A stretch of DNA of 64,000 nucleotides from an uncultured Alphaproteobacteria bacterium (GTDB taxonomy: Bacteria > Pseudomonadota > Alphaproteobacteria > RF32 > CAG-239), in the NCBI GenBank assembly GCA_949297145.1, contig CASFQO010000002.1, forward strand, positions 250,804-314,803. Direction: 5' to 3'. The position numbers and the translations under genes were made by a program. Of the stretch, positions 29,452-39,058 are shown piece after piece. A model generated the notes under the pieces. That model was not told where the DNA came from. It worked only from the letters and a program-made list of their open reading frames with translations, and did not search any database. Position 1 is the stretch's first letter; every line of letters starts with the position of its first letter.

Positions 29452-29938
29452 AATAAAAACTCCTTTCATAAAGTTGATAATTTTTCCCATCAAAAAAATT
29501 TTCCATCACACGCACCGGAACAAACCCGAGCATCAACGCCAAGCGCTTCGCCTGCCAAAAATCATCCCTCACCGTCATCACCACCTGTTTGATTTTTAAG
29601 CGAGCCGCTTCGTGGGCGATTTCTTTTTCTAAAAACCGAACCAGCGTTAAAAGTTTTCCCCCGATATTCTGCCCAATGAGCGCATAACACTGCGCCGTTT
29701 TTTCGTTGTTATCAAAAAACACCTCAAACCCGCATACGGCCAACACTTCTCCATCGTCGTTAATTAACGTATAAGCCCGAACCCGCTCAAATCCGTCCGC
29801 AAAAGTTTGCGCCTCAGCCGCTTGTTGTGCTTGTAACAGAATTTTCTTTGCGTCGCCTGATTGATAATCTCTAATCATCTTCTCACCCATAAAAAAAGAG
29901 GCAATATCTGCCCCTTTTAAGACCTCAAAACCAAGCAC
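29426..29938 (-). CDS. GNAT-like acetyltransferase-fold protein, 170 aa
   Basis: GNAT-like C-terminal pattern KIKQVVMTVRDDFWQAKRLALMLGFVPV...GKNYQLYER. GTG start at 29938 overlaps the previous stop by 1 nt. Internal ATGs lie at 29890 and 29878. Confidence 0.45.
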   Translation of the reverse strand: MLGFEVLKGADIASFFMGEKMIRDYQSGDAKKILLQAQQAAEAQTFADGFERVRAYTLINDDGEVLAVCGFEVFFDNNEKTAQCYALIGQNIGGKLLTLVRFLEKEIAHEAARLKIKQVVMTVRDDFWQAKRLALMLGFVPVRVMENFFDGKNYQLYERSFYYGGSGTLN

Positions 29939-32076
29939 TATTCCGCCACATCCAAATACGGCACAATCGCCAAAATATTAAGAGGCAACGGCGAAGTTGT
30001 CTGGATTAAGAGATTAGCAGCCTGTTCTTTTTGCGTTGTTGAGCCGTCAAACAAAATCTCTTTATTTCCGCTAAACAATTCTTCCGGTTCATTCATTAAA
30101 GCATCCGTATCACGGTAAAGAATATCGGTTAAAGATTTTTCGTCTTCACCGATTTGTCCCCCGCCGGAAAGATAAAGCGAAAGCAACACATGATTGATGC
30201 GTTGTTTTTGCCCGATACCACTGCCGAATTCATTAGGGATATAAACATTTTGCGGTATAAATTGACTGCAAACTGCAAGCCCGACAATAAGGTGCGAAAT
30301 ATTTTTGGGCGCCTCAATCTGCCCGTTATAAACAACCCCGGTGCCCAAAACCGCCCCATCGCCAAAAAGCATCACCTCTTTTCCTTCTAAGTGCTCCAAA
30401 CCGGAGAGAACAGAGGTTTCGGTGTCATTGGTTTTATCAAAAACAACCGTTGCATCCAGATAAACGGAATTTTGCCGGATATAGCGTGCCTCTTGAGCGT
30501 TTTTGGTCTGCCAATCACTAAAGTCAGTCGTCGCCACCGGAAGTGCCTGCGGCATACCGCTATCCATCCACTCCACGGTTCTGAGATAGGCGTTATTAAC
30601 CACTCTTCGCACTTCTAGCCATAATTCGTCACGATTGTCATCCAAGTTTGGGATAACCGTCAAACTCTCCACCGTTCCCGAAACATCATGCCTCGAAAAA
30701 GCCGCCACTTCTTGCTCAGAAGAAAAAGTCACCGCCGCCAAACTGCCGTCGCCGATTAAACACCATAACACTTTATCCGGCACTTCCTGATAAACCATCG
30801 CCACAATGCGGGATTGAAACAAATGTTTTCCGAGAATAGACACATCCGTCTGATCATAACCGTCGTTATAATAGTTATACATCAAGTCGCGCAAACTCAA
30901 ACCATATCGGTCCACAAACAAAACGTGCGCCCCGATTGCCACCGGCATAATCGCCTTGCTCCCGACCGTAGAAATCTGAGAAATGCGAATATTATCGGCT
31001 GCCATCGCCTGAGAAGCCGTAATCGCGTCAATATAAAACTCAGCCGCCCCCGTCCCCACAAAAAGCGCATCACGAGCATAAATCCATTTTCCCTCATTAA
31101 ATTCGGTACTGAGTACCGGCACGGTAATTGCCGTTTCAGCCGTAGCTTCTCCGCAATCCATATCAGCAAAATTATTATAGTCGCCCGAATAAGACAAACA
31201 AACATTAGGACCTGTTTCCGAATTAACCAAAAACGCAAATCTGTTTCTGAAAAAAGCACCGGAAATCGGATAAGAACTCCCCTGATGAATCATCCCCAAT
31301 TCCCAACAAACCGTCCCCTTTTCAAGCGCATCCGGCAAGCGAGAAATCACTTCCGCCGTCACATGTTGAGCATCGGTAAATTCGCTGATTTTGACCAACC
31401 CGATACCATCGTGAACATATTGCCACGACACATTACCGTCCGAGCGCGTTCCTTCGCTGTGTACCGGTTTAATTGCCCCCGTCTGACCGGCACCGACCGC
31501 CATATAATATTTGTTATCGGAAGTACGAATTTCCAAAGCTGAAACATTAGTCCCCGCACTCCATGGTTTGGTCTCATCATCAAGCACTCTCAAGCGCACC
31601 AATCTTCCGACATCTGTTTGAGAAAAAATATCCGTTGAAGCGGTTAATTGCGTTGTGCCTGTTTTTTCTGTAACGCTAATCATTGTTTCGGTCGTATTCA
31701 TACTCAAAAAAGGCCCGTTTTTAAGCTCCAATTCTTCCAAACGCCAATCATCATTAGCATATCGTTTAAGCAGCATAATCGGATGGTTCGCATTAAAAAT
31801 ATACATAATGTCAGAATGCTGAATGGTCTGAATTTTGCAACACAATTCATCATCATCCCACAAATCGCTGTACGTATAAGGAGAAGTCAGCTCAAACGGC
31901 GGAAAAGCCTCATCGGGTTCCTCCGTTGTACCCCCGCCGCCTTCGGTCACGATATTATGCTGACGTACCAATGCTCTCTGTGCATAAAGCCTGATTTTAA
32001 GATGGCTGAATTCCACCACATACGCCACTCTGTGGCTATACTTAAACGGAAACAAAAAACTTCTCGCATTAGACAT
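29938..32076 (-). CDS. tail tubular protein B / nozzle-like protein, 712 aa
   Basis: Size and position after the adaptor-like gene. No motif-level proof. Confidence 0.45.
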   Translation of the reverse strand: MSNARSFLFPFKYSHRVAYVVEFSHLKIRLYAQRALVRQHNIVTEGGGGTTEEPDEAFPPFELTSPYTYSDLWDDDELCCKIQTIQHSDIMYIFNANHPIMLLKRYANDDWRLEELELKNGPFLSMNTTETMISVTEKTGTTQLTASTDIFSQTDVGRLVRLRVLDDETKPWSAGTNVSALEIRTSDNKYYMAVGAGQTGAIKPVHSEGTRSDGNVSWQYVHDGIGLVKISEFTDAQHVTAEVISRLPDALEKGTVCWELGMIHQGSSYPISGAFFRNRFAFLVNSETGPNVCLSYSGDYNNFADMDCGEATAETAITVPVLSTEFNEGKWIYARDALFVGTGAAEFYIDAITASQAMAADNIRISQISTVGSKAIMPVAIGAHVLFVDRYGLSLRDLMYNYYNDGYDQTDVSILGKHLFQSRIVAMVYQEVPDKVLWCLIGDGSLAAVTFSSEQEVAAFSRHDVSGTVESLTVIPNLDDNRDELWLEVRRVVNNAYLRTVEWMDSGMPQALPVATTDFSDWQTKNAQEARYIRQNSVYLDATVVFDKTNDTETSVLSGLEHLEGKEVMLFGDGAVLGTGVVYNGQIEAPKNISHLIVGLAVCSQFIPQNVYIPNEFGSGIGQKQRINHVLLSLYLSGGGQIGEDEKSLTDILYRDTDALMNEPEELFSGNKEILFDGSTTQKEQAANLLIQTTSPLPLNILAIVPYLDVAE

Positions 32077-33136
32077 GACTTTTTCCTTTCAACTCCCAAA
32101 CCAAACGCCCCTTATAATAAACTTTCAAAACATTACCGGAAACGACCCCGACATAATCGTTATCTTCCATAATATACTTTCCGTCCTCATCTTCCGGCCA
32201 ATAACTTAATCGAGCCGTCAAATAATCAATTCCGCCGATGCACGAACCATCCTCATCATAATACCATATAACAATAACATCTTCCGCCGCGCCTCTAACG
32301 GCAACACAAGGCGTGTAATATACACCGCCGACTTTAATTATGGCGTTATACAAGTCATAGTTTGTTTTAAAAAACATCTCGTCGCTGACAACATAGTTTG
32401 CATCAGGCGCCGTATCGCCATAGTTGAAAACAACACCCAAATACCCGTTAGAAAATTTAATCACCCAACTTTTATAGAAATAATCACTGGATAAAAAGAC
32501 TGCACACCCGACAAACTTTTCCAAATTTCCCCAATCACCATAATCAATCTGCGCCAGTTCATCAGGCTCCAAAACAACGCTTAAAGTTTCATTACCCGTC
32601 ACCAAAACCGACCCGCTTTGCAAAATATATCCGTCTTTATACACCTGATATTCAACCGTAGAATTTTTCAAAACTCGCACAGATTGACGTTTATATCCAT
32701 TCAGCACAATTGTTGCATCAAGAGGTTCTGCTACTACCGTAAACGTTAGTAATTCGGATTTGGAAACAAGCGCCACTTCAAGAGAAGTATCTTCTAAAAC
32801 CACATAATTTCCGCTGCTTTCCGAATATCCGTCATAACTGACCTCATAATAAAGTTTATCCCCTCTGGCAACACGAATAGATGATCTCTCCACCCCGTTA
32901 ATCAAAACTTTCGCTTCCGATGGTGTAGGCACAATTTGAAATAAAATATCCTCATCAACCGGCGTCTGCGCCACAAAATGCGTTCCGCCGCGGCGTTTTA
33001 AGCTCCCCTCCACCAAAGGAATAAAATTCCGGCAAAGCTTCGCCGTTTTATCATATTTAGCAATATCCGTTCGTCCTTGCAGCCACGGACTAAGTTCGCC
33101 GCCGTTAAACTGCATTCTTGTCGGTTTAATACTCAT
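32069..33136 (-). CDS. virion/tail-associated protein with PEGA-like repeats, 355 aa
   Basis: Two PEGA-like segments: VLINGVERSSIRVARGDKLYYEVSYDGY and IVLNGYKRQSVRVLKNSTVEYQVYKDGY. The gene overlaps the next one by 8 nt. Confidence 0.45.
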   Translation of the reverse strand: MSIKPTRMQFNGGELSPWLQGRTDIAKYDKTAKLCRNFIPLVEGSLKRRGGTHFVAQTPVDEDILFQIVPTPSEAKVLINGVERSSIRVARGDKLYYEVSYDGYSESSGNYVVLEDTSLEVALVSKSELLTFTVVAEPLDATIVLNGYKRQSVRVLKNSTVEYQVYKDGYILQSGSVLVTGNETLSVVLEPDELAQIDYGDWGNLEKFVGCAVFLSSDYFYKSWVIKFSNGYLGVVFNYGDTAPDANYVVSDEMFFKTNYDLYNAIIKVGGVYYTPCVAVRGAAEDVIVIWYYDEDGSCIGGIDYLTARLSYWPEDEDGKYIMEDNDYVGVVSGNVLKVYYKGRLVWELKGKSHV

Positions 33137-33199
33137 TTTTGCATATCTCCCAAATAAACAGCGCCCGAAAAACGGATACGCATCTCAAAACATCAACAA

Positions 33200-33796
33200 C
33201 TAACAACCCCACACTTGCCGAACCAAAACCCAACTGTTATCCGGCACCAATTCTGCATCTTTGGCAATTTCATTATTCAGTTCGGCCTGCTGAATAAGAG
33301 TTAAAAATTCATTATCGAGCGCCTGCTTTAAGTTAAGCGAATGTTTAATGCGCATCGCAAGTTCGGCAGCAACTTTTGCCGCCACTGCTTCCCGAAAGAG
33401 CGGCGGAAACGGCACATCGTCATCAATAACCCGCACATATTCAACTTCAATTCCCTTATCAAGCAACGTGATAATACAATTATCGGCCAGCTCATACCCT
33501 TGTAGCGCATAAGGCCTTGGCTCGGTCAAATCTTTAATCCCCGCACCAAAAACTTGAAGCAACAGCAAACAATCGTTCGGCAGTTGATACATAAACTTAT
33601 CGCCATATTTTTCTTCTCTTCGGGCCAAACGCTTGGTTGCAACGGCAAATCGCCAAGGATAAGACGACAACAACAGATTTTTCACATCTTCATAAATCAG
33701 CTCATACGATTTGCCGAAAGCAGCATCGTTAAGCGACGAAACCGGCGGTTCGCCCAGTTTGAGCAGCGCGCGGTTAATAATTTCAACTTTAGACAT
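33200..33796 (-). CDS. tail tubular protein A / head-tail adaptor-like protein, 198 aa
   Basis: Start at ATG 33796 with a GGAGG RBS. The N-terminal pattern IINRALLKLGEPPVSSLNDAAFG...YPWRFA resembles podovirus adaptor/tubular-A proteins as I remember them. The position fits. Confidence 0.45.
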   Translation of the reverse strand: MSKVEIINRALLKLGEPPVSSLNDAAFGKSYELIYEDVKNLLLSSYPWRFAVATKRLARREEKYGDKFMYQLPNDCLLLLQVFGAGIKDLTEPRPYALQGYELADNCIITLLDKGIEVEYVRVIDDDVPFPPLFREAVAAKVAAELAMRIKHSLNLKQALDNEFLTLIQQAELNNEIAKDAELVPDNSWVLVRQVWGC

Positions 33797-33908
33797 ATAA
33801 CCTCCAAGAAAGCATAAAATAAAGAGGACGAGCAACTGCCCGCCCTCCGGACTATAGACTTTTTCTTAATAATTTGAGACAAAATAATATGCGGATGCCA
33901 TGCAAAAA

Positions 33909-34283
33909 TTAGCGTGCCAAATAACCTAAGGTCACGCGAATATTGCCTGAATTAGAAGTACTTGAAGCAATCGCCGCCGTCACAAAATCTTTAACATCGG
34001 CAGGCAATGTGGCTGTTGCCATCAATTCCCCGTCAACAAAAGATTTTGTCGCTTCAATAGACATGGTGAGCAATTCGGCAAAAGCGCCCGTTTCAGTATC
34101 CCCATGCTTAACCGTGATGGTAATCGTTCCGTTAACGGCAACATCACCAACCGCAAACGCATTAACACACAAAGCCCCTTGTGTAGAACCTGCAGCCACC
34201 ACATTTCCCTCGGCAATAGAGGCCTGGTTAAGCGCCCCTTTTGCCAAATCCTCGTCATAAACTTTCAAAATATTATTTAACAT
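33909..34283 (-). CDS. small virion protein next to the capsid gene (possible decoration/cement protein), 124 aa
   Basis: ATG at 34283 with a GGGAGA RBS. Beta-rich, G/A/V/T-rich sequence. Function inferred from position. Confidence 0.4.
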   Translation of the reverse strand: MLNNILKVYDEDLAKGALNQASIAEGNVVAAGSTQGALCVNAFAVGDVAVNGTITITVKHGDTETGAFAELLTMSIEATKSFVDGELMATATLPADVKDFVTAAIASSTSNSGNIRVTLGYLAR

Positions 34284-34307
34284 CAAAAAAATCTCCCAAA
34301 AAAGAGG

Positions 34308-35207
34308 TTACGCCAATTCAACAGCCTTTTCAGAACCGTTTTCAAAGTTATAAGAAGTGATAAAGCGAATACCGTTCCAAGCGGCAAAACTACGGTTAAC
34401 ATCCATATCGCCGGTCATGGTTTGCAACACATTGCCTTTGTACTTATTAAGCATAGAAAGTACTTTCGGATGGCAAAAGATATAAGTAGATCCCGGCGTT
34501 GCCTTTGCATCCACCAACATATTGTCAATTTGTTCTGCTGTCGGAATATTATCGGCAGAAATATTAACAATCGCGGAAACCGCATCAGGGTTTGCAAGCT
34601 GCATACCGATATAGCCTTTAATGCGCACGCCATAACCAAGTAAGCCGTTAGCGTTTTTATAGAGTTGACCACCGTTAATCGGCGTTGAATCCAAAAGGCC
34701 GAAACGATTGATATTTTTAGCGGAATAAAGTCCTGTCACTTCACCCGGAATAAAACGAACCGCAACCATAGAGTAGCATTTATTATCCGCTCCCGCAGAA
34801 ACGGCTTTACCGTTTTCAACCGCATACGGGATAAAGTTATCATAAATAATTTTCTTTTCAGCAGTTTCACCGGCGTGCTTCAAAAGGATAGGAACTTTCT
34901 TAGCAAAATATTCGGAAACACCGATAACGGCAGCCTTATCTTCCGGCACGAAGATTTCCCCGCCCAAGATAGACAAGTCAATTTTTTTCAAATTAGAATC
35001 AACTTCCATTTCAGGCAGCGGTTGGTTAATATCAATAAAGCCCGCGCCGGAAATTTTTGCCACTTCTTCATAAGCGTTCCAAAGCCCGTGAGAAGAAGCC
35101 TCAAAACGCATATTATCCAAAATCGGAGAATCATTAGTTAAAAAATCAACATAATGCTCTTGCTTTTTAGACAAAGCAACCGCAATTTCTTTTAATGTAC
35201 CAGACAT
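34308..35207 (-). CDS. major capsid protein (putative)
   Basis: A 299-aa ORF directly after the scaffold-like gene. The codon usage looks highly expressed, and size and position are typical. Confidence 0.6.
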   Translation of the reverse strand: MSGTLKEIAVALSKKQEHYVDFLTNDSPILDNMRFEASSHGLWNAYEEVAKISGAGFIDINQPLPEMEVDSNLKKIDLSILGGEIFVPEDKAAVIGVSEYFAKKVPILLKHAGETAEKKIIYDNFIPYAVENGKAVSAGADNKCYSMVAVRFIPGEVTGLYSAKNINRFGLLDSTPINGGQLYKNANGLLGYGVRIKGYIGMQLANPDAVSAIVNISADNIPTAEQIDNMLVDAKATPGSTYIFCHPKVLSMLNKYKGNVLQTMTGDMDVNRSFAAWNGIRFITSYNFENGSEKAVELA

Positions 35208-35234
35208 TTAAAAAATCCTTTCAACAAACAAAAA

Positions 35235-35960
35235 TTAGTAATCATTAAACATTTCTCTGAAATATTCAACCGCATCCCAATCATCGCCTTTACGGCGTCT
35301 GCCGAAGCTAATCGGATTATCTTCCGAAATCGCCTCACCCAAACGACAAAAGACCTCCATCATACGCTTGGTACCGATTGCCTTTTCAATTTCAGCAACA
35401 GTATTTTCATCATCACAAAACATTCTGACGCCACGCTTCATCAATTCCCAATTACGTTGCGCGCGTGTCCCCCAAGTGCGTTTCATTTCTTCCATTTCGC
35501 GTAAAGAATTTTCCGCCCAAGAGGTTTCGTTTTTTTCATTCAGTTCATCACGATGTTTCACATACCAATCATAGATAGCCTGAGCAGATTGCGGCAGAAT
35601 ATGATTTTCAAGACAAACTTGTTTAAAAGCTTCGCCGTCTTCTTTATCTTCATCGGCAAAGACCACATCAAAACAAGCGCAGTCTTGCGGCATTCCCAAA
35701 CGGGAATAAAGTTTGTCCAAAGCTTTTTTATCGCCGTCCTTCGGCAAAGAAATTTTAGAAGAGAAAGCTCTTTCCAGTTCACGATAAGATTTGAGCAAAT
35801 CGGCAGGAGTTTTAAAACCCTTCTTGTCAATATAATCCAAATCTTCCGCGGACATTTCTCCCCAACCGGATTGTGCACGCAAAAAGTCTTTATCAAATTC
35901 AGACTTTAAGAAGTTATCGGAGGTAGTCTGCCCCTCCGGCTTTTTAGAATTCATCATCAT
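35235..35960 (-). CDS. scaffolding protein (putative), 241 aa
   Basis: Acidic, helical protein encoded between the portal and capsid genes. Confidence 0.5.
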   Translation of the reverse strand: MMMNSKKPEGQTTSDNFLKSEFDKDFLRAQSGWGEMSAEDLDYIDKKGFKTPADLLKSYRELERAFSSKISLPKDGDKKALDKLYSRLGMPQDCACFDVVFADEDKEDGEAFKQVCLENHILPQSAQAIYDWYVKHRDELNEKNETSWAENSLREMEEMKRTWGTRAQRNWELMKRGVRMFCDDENTVAEIEKAIGTKRMMEVFCRLGEAISEDNPISFGRRRKGDDWDAVEYFREMFNDY

Positions 35961-35985
35961 AAAATCCCCACAAAAAAGTTAGCAT

Positions 35986-36018
35986 CAAAAAAGGCAGCCT
36001 CAAAAACGAGCACTGCCT
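35986..36018 (-). terminator. second terminator-like hairpin upstream of the scaffold gene
   Basis: On the minus strand: AGGCAG...CUGCCU stem followed by U6, 25 nt before the scaffold ATG. Confidence 0.45.
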
Positions 36019-36053
36019 AAAAAAATCGTCAGATACGGAGCGCAAAAACGCCC

Positions 36054-36081
36054 ACAAAAAAAGGACGTCAACCACGTCCCC
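36054..36081 (-). terminator. promoter-proximal intrinsic terminator
   Basis: On the minus strand: GGGGACGU / ACGUCCUU 8-bp stem (2 G.U, which are mismatches on the plus strand) followed by a U-run. It starts about 22 nt downstream of the predicted start site. Confidence 0.65.
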
Positions 36082-36109
36082 AAACAAACACTATTTCCAT
36101 TATGCAGTC

Positions 36110-36138
36110 ATCATAACCGACCCCCGACAGGATGTCAA
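36110..36138 (-). promoter_or_regulatory. internal phage-block promoter (copy 2 of the conserved promoter core)
   Basis: On the minus strand: TTGACA, 17 nt spacer, TATGAT. The core AAACCTATTGACATCCTGTCGGGGG is nearly identical to 41529-41557. Confidence 0.6.
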
Positions 36139-36175
36139 TAGGTTTGGAAACGTTTTTGAAAATATTTTTTTTACC

Positions 36176-36517
36176 TTAAACATCTAAGTCACGTTTCACG
36201 TCATCGCCATCGCGTTGCAATTTGGTAAACAAAGCAAACACTTCCGTTTCGGAAAGTGCCAGATATTTAACCAACAAATCAAACATCCGCCTTTTGCCTA
36301 AAAGGAAAGCCGCCGCATTCGGATCAAACCGATTTTGCGCATCATAAAAATAAGGCACCCCGCCGGCACCGAGTTCACCACGAGCCCCCGCTTCGTCTCG
36401 CAAAAATTCAATCACAATTTCCGCTTCGGGCTTGAGTTTACCGTTTGGCGTTAAAAAGAGTTTATGAAACGCTTTCACCAGTTCATGTTCACGCTTAATT
36501 TTCTTAAAAAACATCAC
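36176..36517 (-). CDS. phage hypothetical protein, 113 aa
   Basis: ORF between the portal and scaffold genes. No motif recognised. Confidence 0.55.
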   Translation of the reverse strand: MMFFKKIKREHELVKAFHKLFLTPNGKLKPEAEIVIEFLRDEAGARGELGAGGVPYFYDAQNRFDPNAAAFLLGKRRMFDLLVKYLALSETEVFALFTKLQRDGDDVKRDLDV

Positions 36518-36526
36518 TTTTCTCCT

Positions 36527-38230
36527 TTATGCCGAAGTCTTGTTAAGCAAAGCCGAAAGAGAAGCGTTTTGCGCTCCTGCTTGCGCACCGTTTTGTTGCT
36601 GTTGCAGAAGTGCTTGTTGTTGAGCCTGCTGTTGCATTAAGAGTTCCTCAACTTCATCAGCGGTACGCACCACGTCCGGACCAACACCGTAATAATCGGC
36701 AATTTTGCGGAGTGCCGCTTCGGTATCAAACACATTTAAGATATTCGGGTTAGCCTGTGCCAAAGACGTAGCCGCCTCAATCGTTTTATAAAGCCCGACA
36801 ATCGCACCCGATTGCTGCATATGCACAGCCGGCCCTTCAAACTGAATAGCGATAGAGCCGTCATACATCAACTCATCCGGAACGTCGTCTAAAACACCGT
36901 AAGAAGCCAAAATATCCAATTCACGCTCAATATTACCGGCAAGCCATTCTGCGGAAATACGTTCACACATCGGCGCCAACAACATAGATTTTTCCATCTC
37001 GCGTTTTTCCACTTCGGTAGCAGTCATCTGCTTTGTTTGGGTGAGTGATTGGAACAAAGGCACCAAGAATGCTCTTTCAATCGCCGCCCGCACTTCGCGT
37101 TGCATTTCAACCGTAATCGAGAGATTATTACCATATTGCATAGAAACCGCCGCCGGCTTGCCCTGATTATCCAAACCGCCGCGAATAACCGCCCCCGCCG
37201 AACCGAGCTTATTGGTATCAATCAACCCCATATTGGTAAGGATGGGCGGATTAGCTTGGAGCTGACCGGTACGCAGGATAGTTTTGCCCATTTCATTGGC
37301 GGTTAATAAGTCATAAAACGCCTGCAGCGCCGGACTATCGCCGTAAGAACTTCCGGCAATACCCAAAAATCTCGGTGCCATATACGGACAAGTACGATAC
37401 CCGCCGACATGAATAATACGTTTAGCCGCCATGTCTATATGCACACTGGCATATTTCATGCCGTTAAAATCAGCAGCCTCAAGCGCATAGTCATCACGTT
37501 CAAACACAGCGTGTAAAAACTTAAACATACGTTCAGGCGTATTTTCCGCCGCTTGCAAAATATCGCCCCGCAATTCATCACCAAATTTTTTAGCGGCTTC
37601 TCCGGCGGTTAATTCATATTCACGAAAGACCGCAGCGATTTTTCCGCTGTCATCACGTTTGATATAAGCTTCCTTAACCGGAATAGTGCGATAAACAATC
37701 CCCTGCCCAACGTTATCTTCAACCATCCATAACGCATGTCCGTAAATACCGAGTTGATTAAACAACAAATCACTTTCGGAAGCGAAATTGGAATAAGCCG
37801 AATAGCGCACCCGAAAGAGTAAGTCAGTTGCTTTATCCAAAAACTTTTTAACTTTGGCATTGTCATCTAAATTCGGATCAACCGGTTTAAGTCTGTGCCA
37901 TTGTGATGTCGTCGGCACAATCACCGATTTCATGCTGGAGCAAAAACAAGCCAAAGCGTTCCGCCCCGTGGTGTCAAACACATTTTGGCGCACTCTCCCG
38001 CGGTTATCGGTCGTAAAGAGTTCCGATTCAACCGAACACATTTCCGCCGCCTTGTCCCACATCGGCTCCCATTTAGCTCTTTCGGCTTTCATCGCATCCA
38101 AACGTTTCAAAATATTTTCCGCGTTAAACGCCGGTTTTTTGCGCACCAACCGCGGTGCAAAAGATTGCCCATCTTTAGCAAAAATATTCTCCGGCTGAAA
38201 TTCCGAAGAACGATCATCCAAATGTTCCAT
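36527..38230 (-). CDS. portal (head-tail connector) protein, 567 aa
   Basis: Start at ATG 38230 with a GGGAGG RBS. Size and position after the terminase fit a portal, and the Q-rich C-terminal tail is typical of podovirus connectors. Confidence 0.65.
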   Translation of the reverse strand: MEHLDDRSSEFQPENIFAKDGQSFAPRLVRKKPAFNAENILKRLDAMKAERAKWEPMWDKAAEMCSVESELFTTDNRGRVRQNVFDTTGRNALACFCSSMKSVIVPTTSQWHRLKPVDPNLDDNAKVKKFLDKATDLLFRVRYSAYSNFASESDLLFNQLGIYGHALWMVEDNVGQGIVYRTIPVKEAYIKRDDSGKIAAVFREYELTAGEAAKKFGDELRGDILQAAENTPERMFKFLHAVFERDDYALEAADFNGMKYASVHIDMAAKRIIHVGGYRTCPYMAPRFLGIAGSSYGDSPALQAFYDLLTANEMGKTILRTGQLQANPPILTNMGLIDTNKLGSAGAVIRGGLDNQGKPAAVSMQYGNNLSITVEMQREVRAAIERAFLVPLFQSLTQTKQMTATEVEKREMEKSMLLAPMCERISAEWLAGNIERELDILASYGVLDDVPDELMYDGSIAIQFEGPAVHMQQSGAIVGLYKTIEAATSLAQANPNILNVFDTEAALRKIADYYGVGPDVVRTADEVEELLMQQQAQQQALLQQQQNGAQAGAQNASLSALLNKTSA

Positions 38231-38337
38231 ACGAACCTCCCAAAATAAAGAAACGCGGAAAAGGAAGTTCCACGTTTCAGCCACAAAAAAACCGGCTTGA
38301 GAAGCAAACCGGCTCATTAAAAAGAAAGAATTAAAAC

Positions 38338-38652
38338 CTAGCCCACCAACACTTTACCGATAAGCATCACGCCGCACCAGGCCATATAAAGCCAAACAAA
38401 CATCAGCGCAGATTTAATAAAATGTCGTTTATCCTCATTAACCAAACGCACATAGAGCGGTTTATGCAAAGAAAACGCCGCAATAAAAGCGATAGTAAAC
38501 AACCCAATCAGCAACGCTTTTTGCGAGGATATATTAAGACCGAGATTTGAAGCGAGCGCCCAAACCGTCCACATCGGCAACACCGCCACCCCTATGAGAA
38601 AACATAAGATTGCTTTCCAATACATTTTGATCTTCATCATCTTCCGCCTCAT
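38338..38652 (-). CDS. small membrane protein, 104 aa
   Basis: Three hydrophobic helices. The start overlaps the upstream stop. Confidence 0.5.
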   Translation of the reverse strand: MRRKMMKIKMYWKAILCFLIGVAVLPMWTVWALASNLGLNISSQKALLIGLFTIAFIAAFSLHKPLYVRLVNEDKRHFIKSALMFVWLYMAWCGVMLIGKVLVG

Positions 38653-38972
38653 TACACCAACAAACTAAACATAACCATAAACCCGCACCACAAGAGGTAA
38701 TAAAGCACTCCCACGCCGACAAAACAAGCATATTTCGTCATAGGCTTTTGCAGTTTCATGCTTTGGGTTAATTTGGCATAAACGGTCGTCAACGAACCCC
38801 CGCATCCGCCAATGGCGATAAACAGCACATAAACTCCAACAGCACCAAACATCCAAAAATCCGCACCGTCATCAATAAACAGCCCAAACAACAGTGCCGG
38901 CACGATTGAAGCCATATAGTCAACCACCGTCATCCTTTTGGCTTTAGAGGAATTATTCAAATTTGCGTTCAT
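38652..38972 (-). CDS. small membrane protein, 106 aa
   Basis: Start at ATG 38972 with a GGAGAA RBS. Three to four hydrophobic helices. Confidence 0.5.
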   Translation of the reverse strand: MNANLNNSSKAKRMTVVDYMASIVPALLFGLFIDDGADFWMFGAVGVYVLFIAIGGCGGSLTTVYAKLTQSMKLQKPMTKYACFVGVGVLYYLLWCGFMVMFSLLV

Positions 38973-39058
38973 AGATTTCTCCACATAAAACAAACCATAA
39001 AACACAAATTTTATATCATACCCCACTCATAAATGCAACGTTTTTTTATCGCGCTTAT

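Noticed and set aside
27312-29493. An apparent 143-nt overlap between ORFs 27312-29132 and 28990-29493, and the long N-terminal extensions of the ORF track.
   Set aside because: Internal ATGs with good RBS (28973, 29451) remove the overlap. The same logic applies to the portal (38230), adaptor (33796), lpxA (59730) and 43611 starts.
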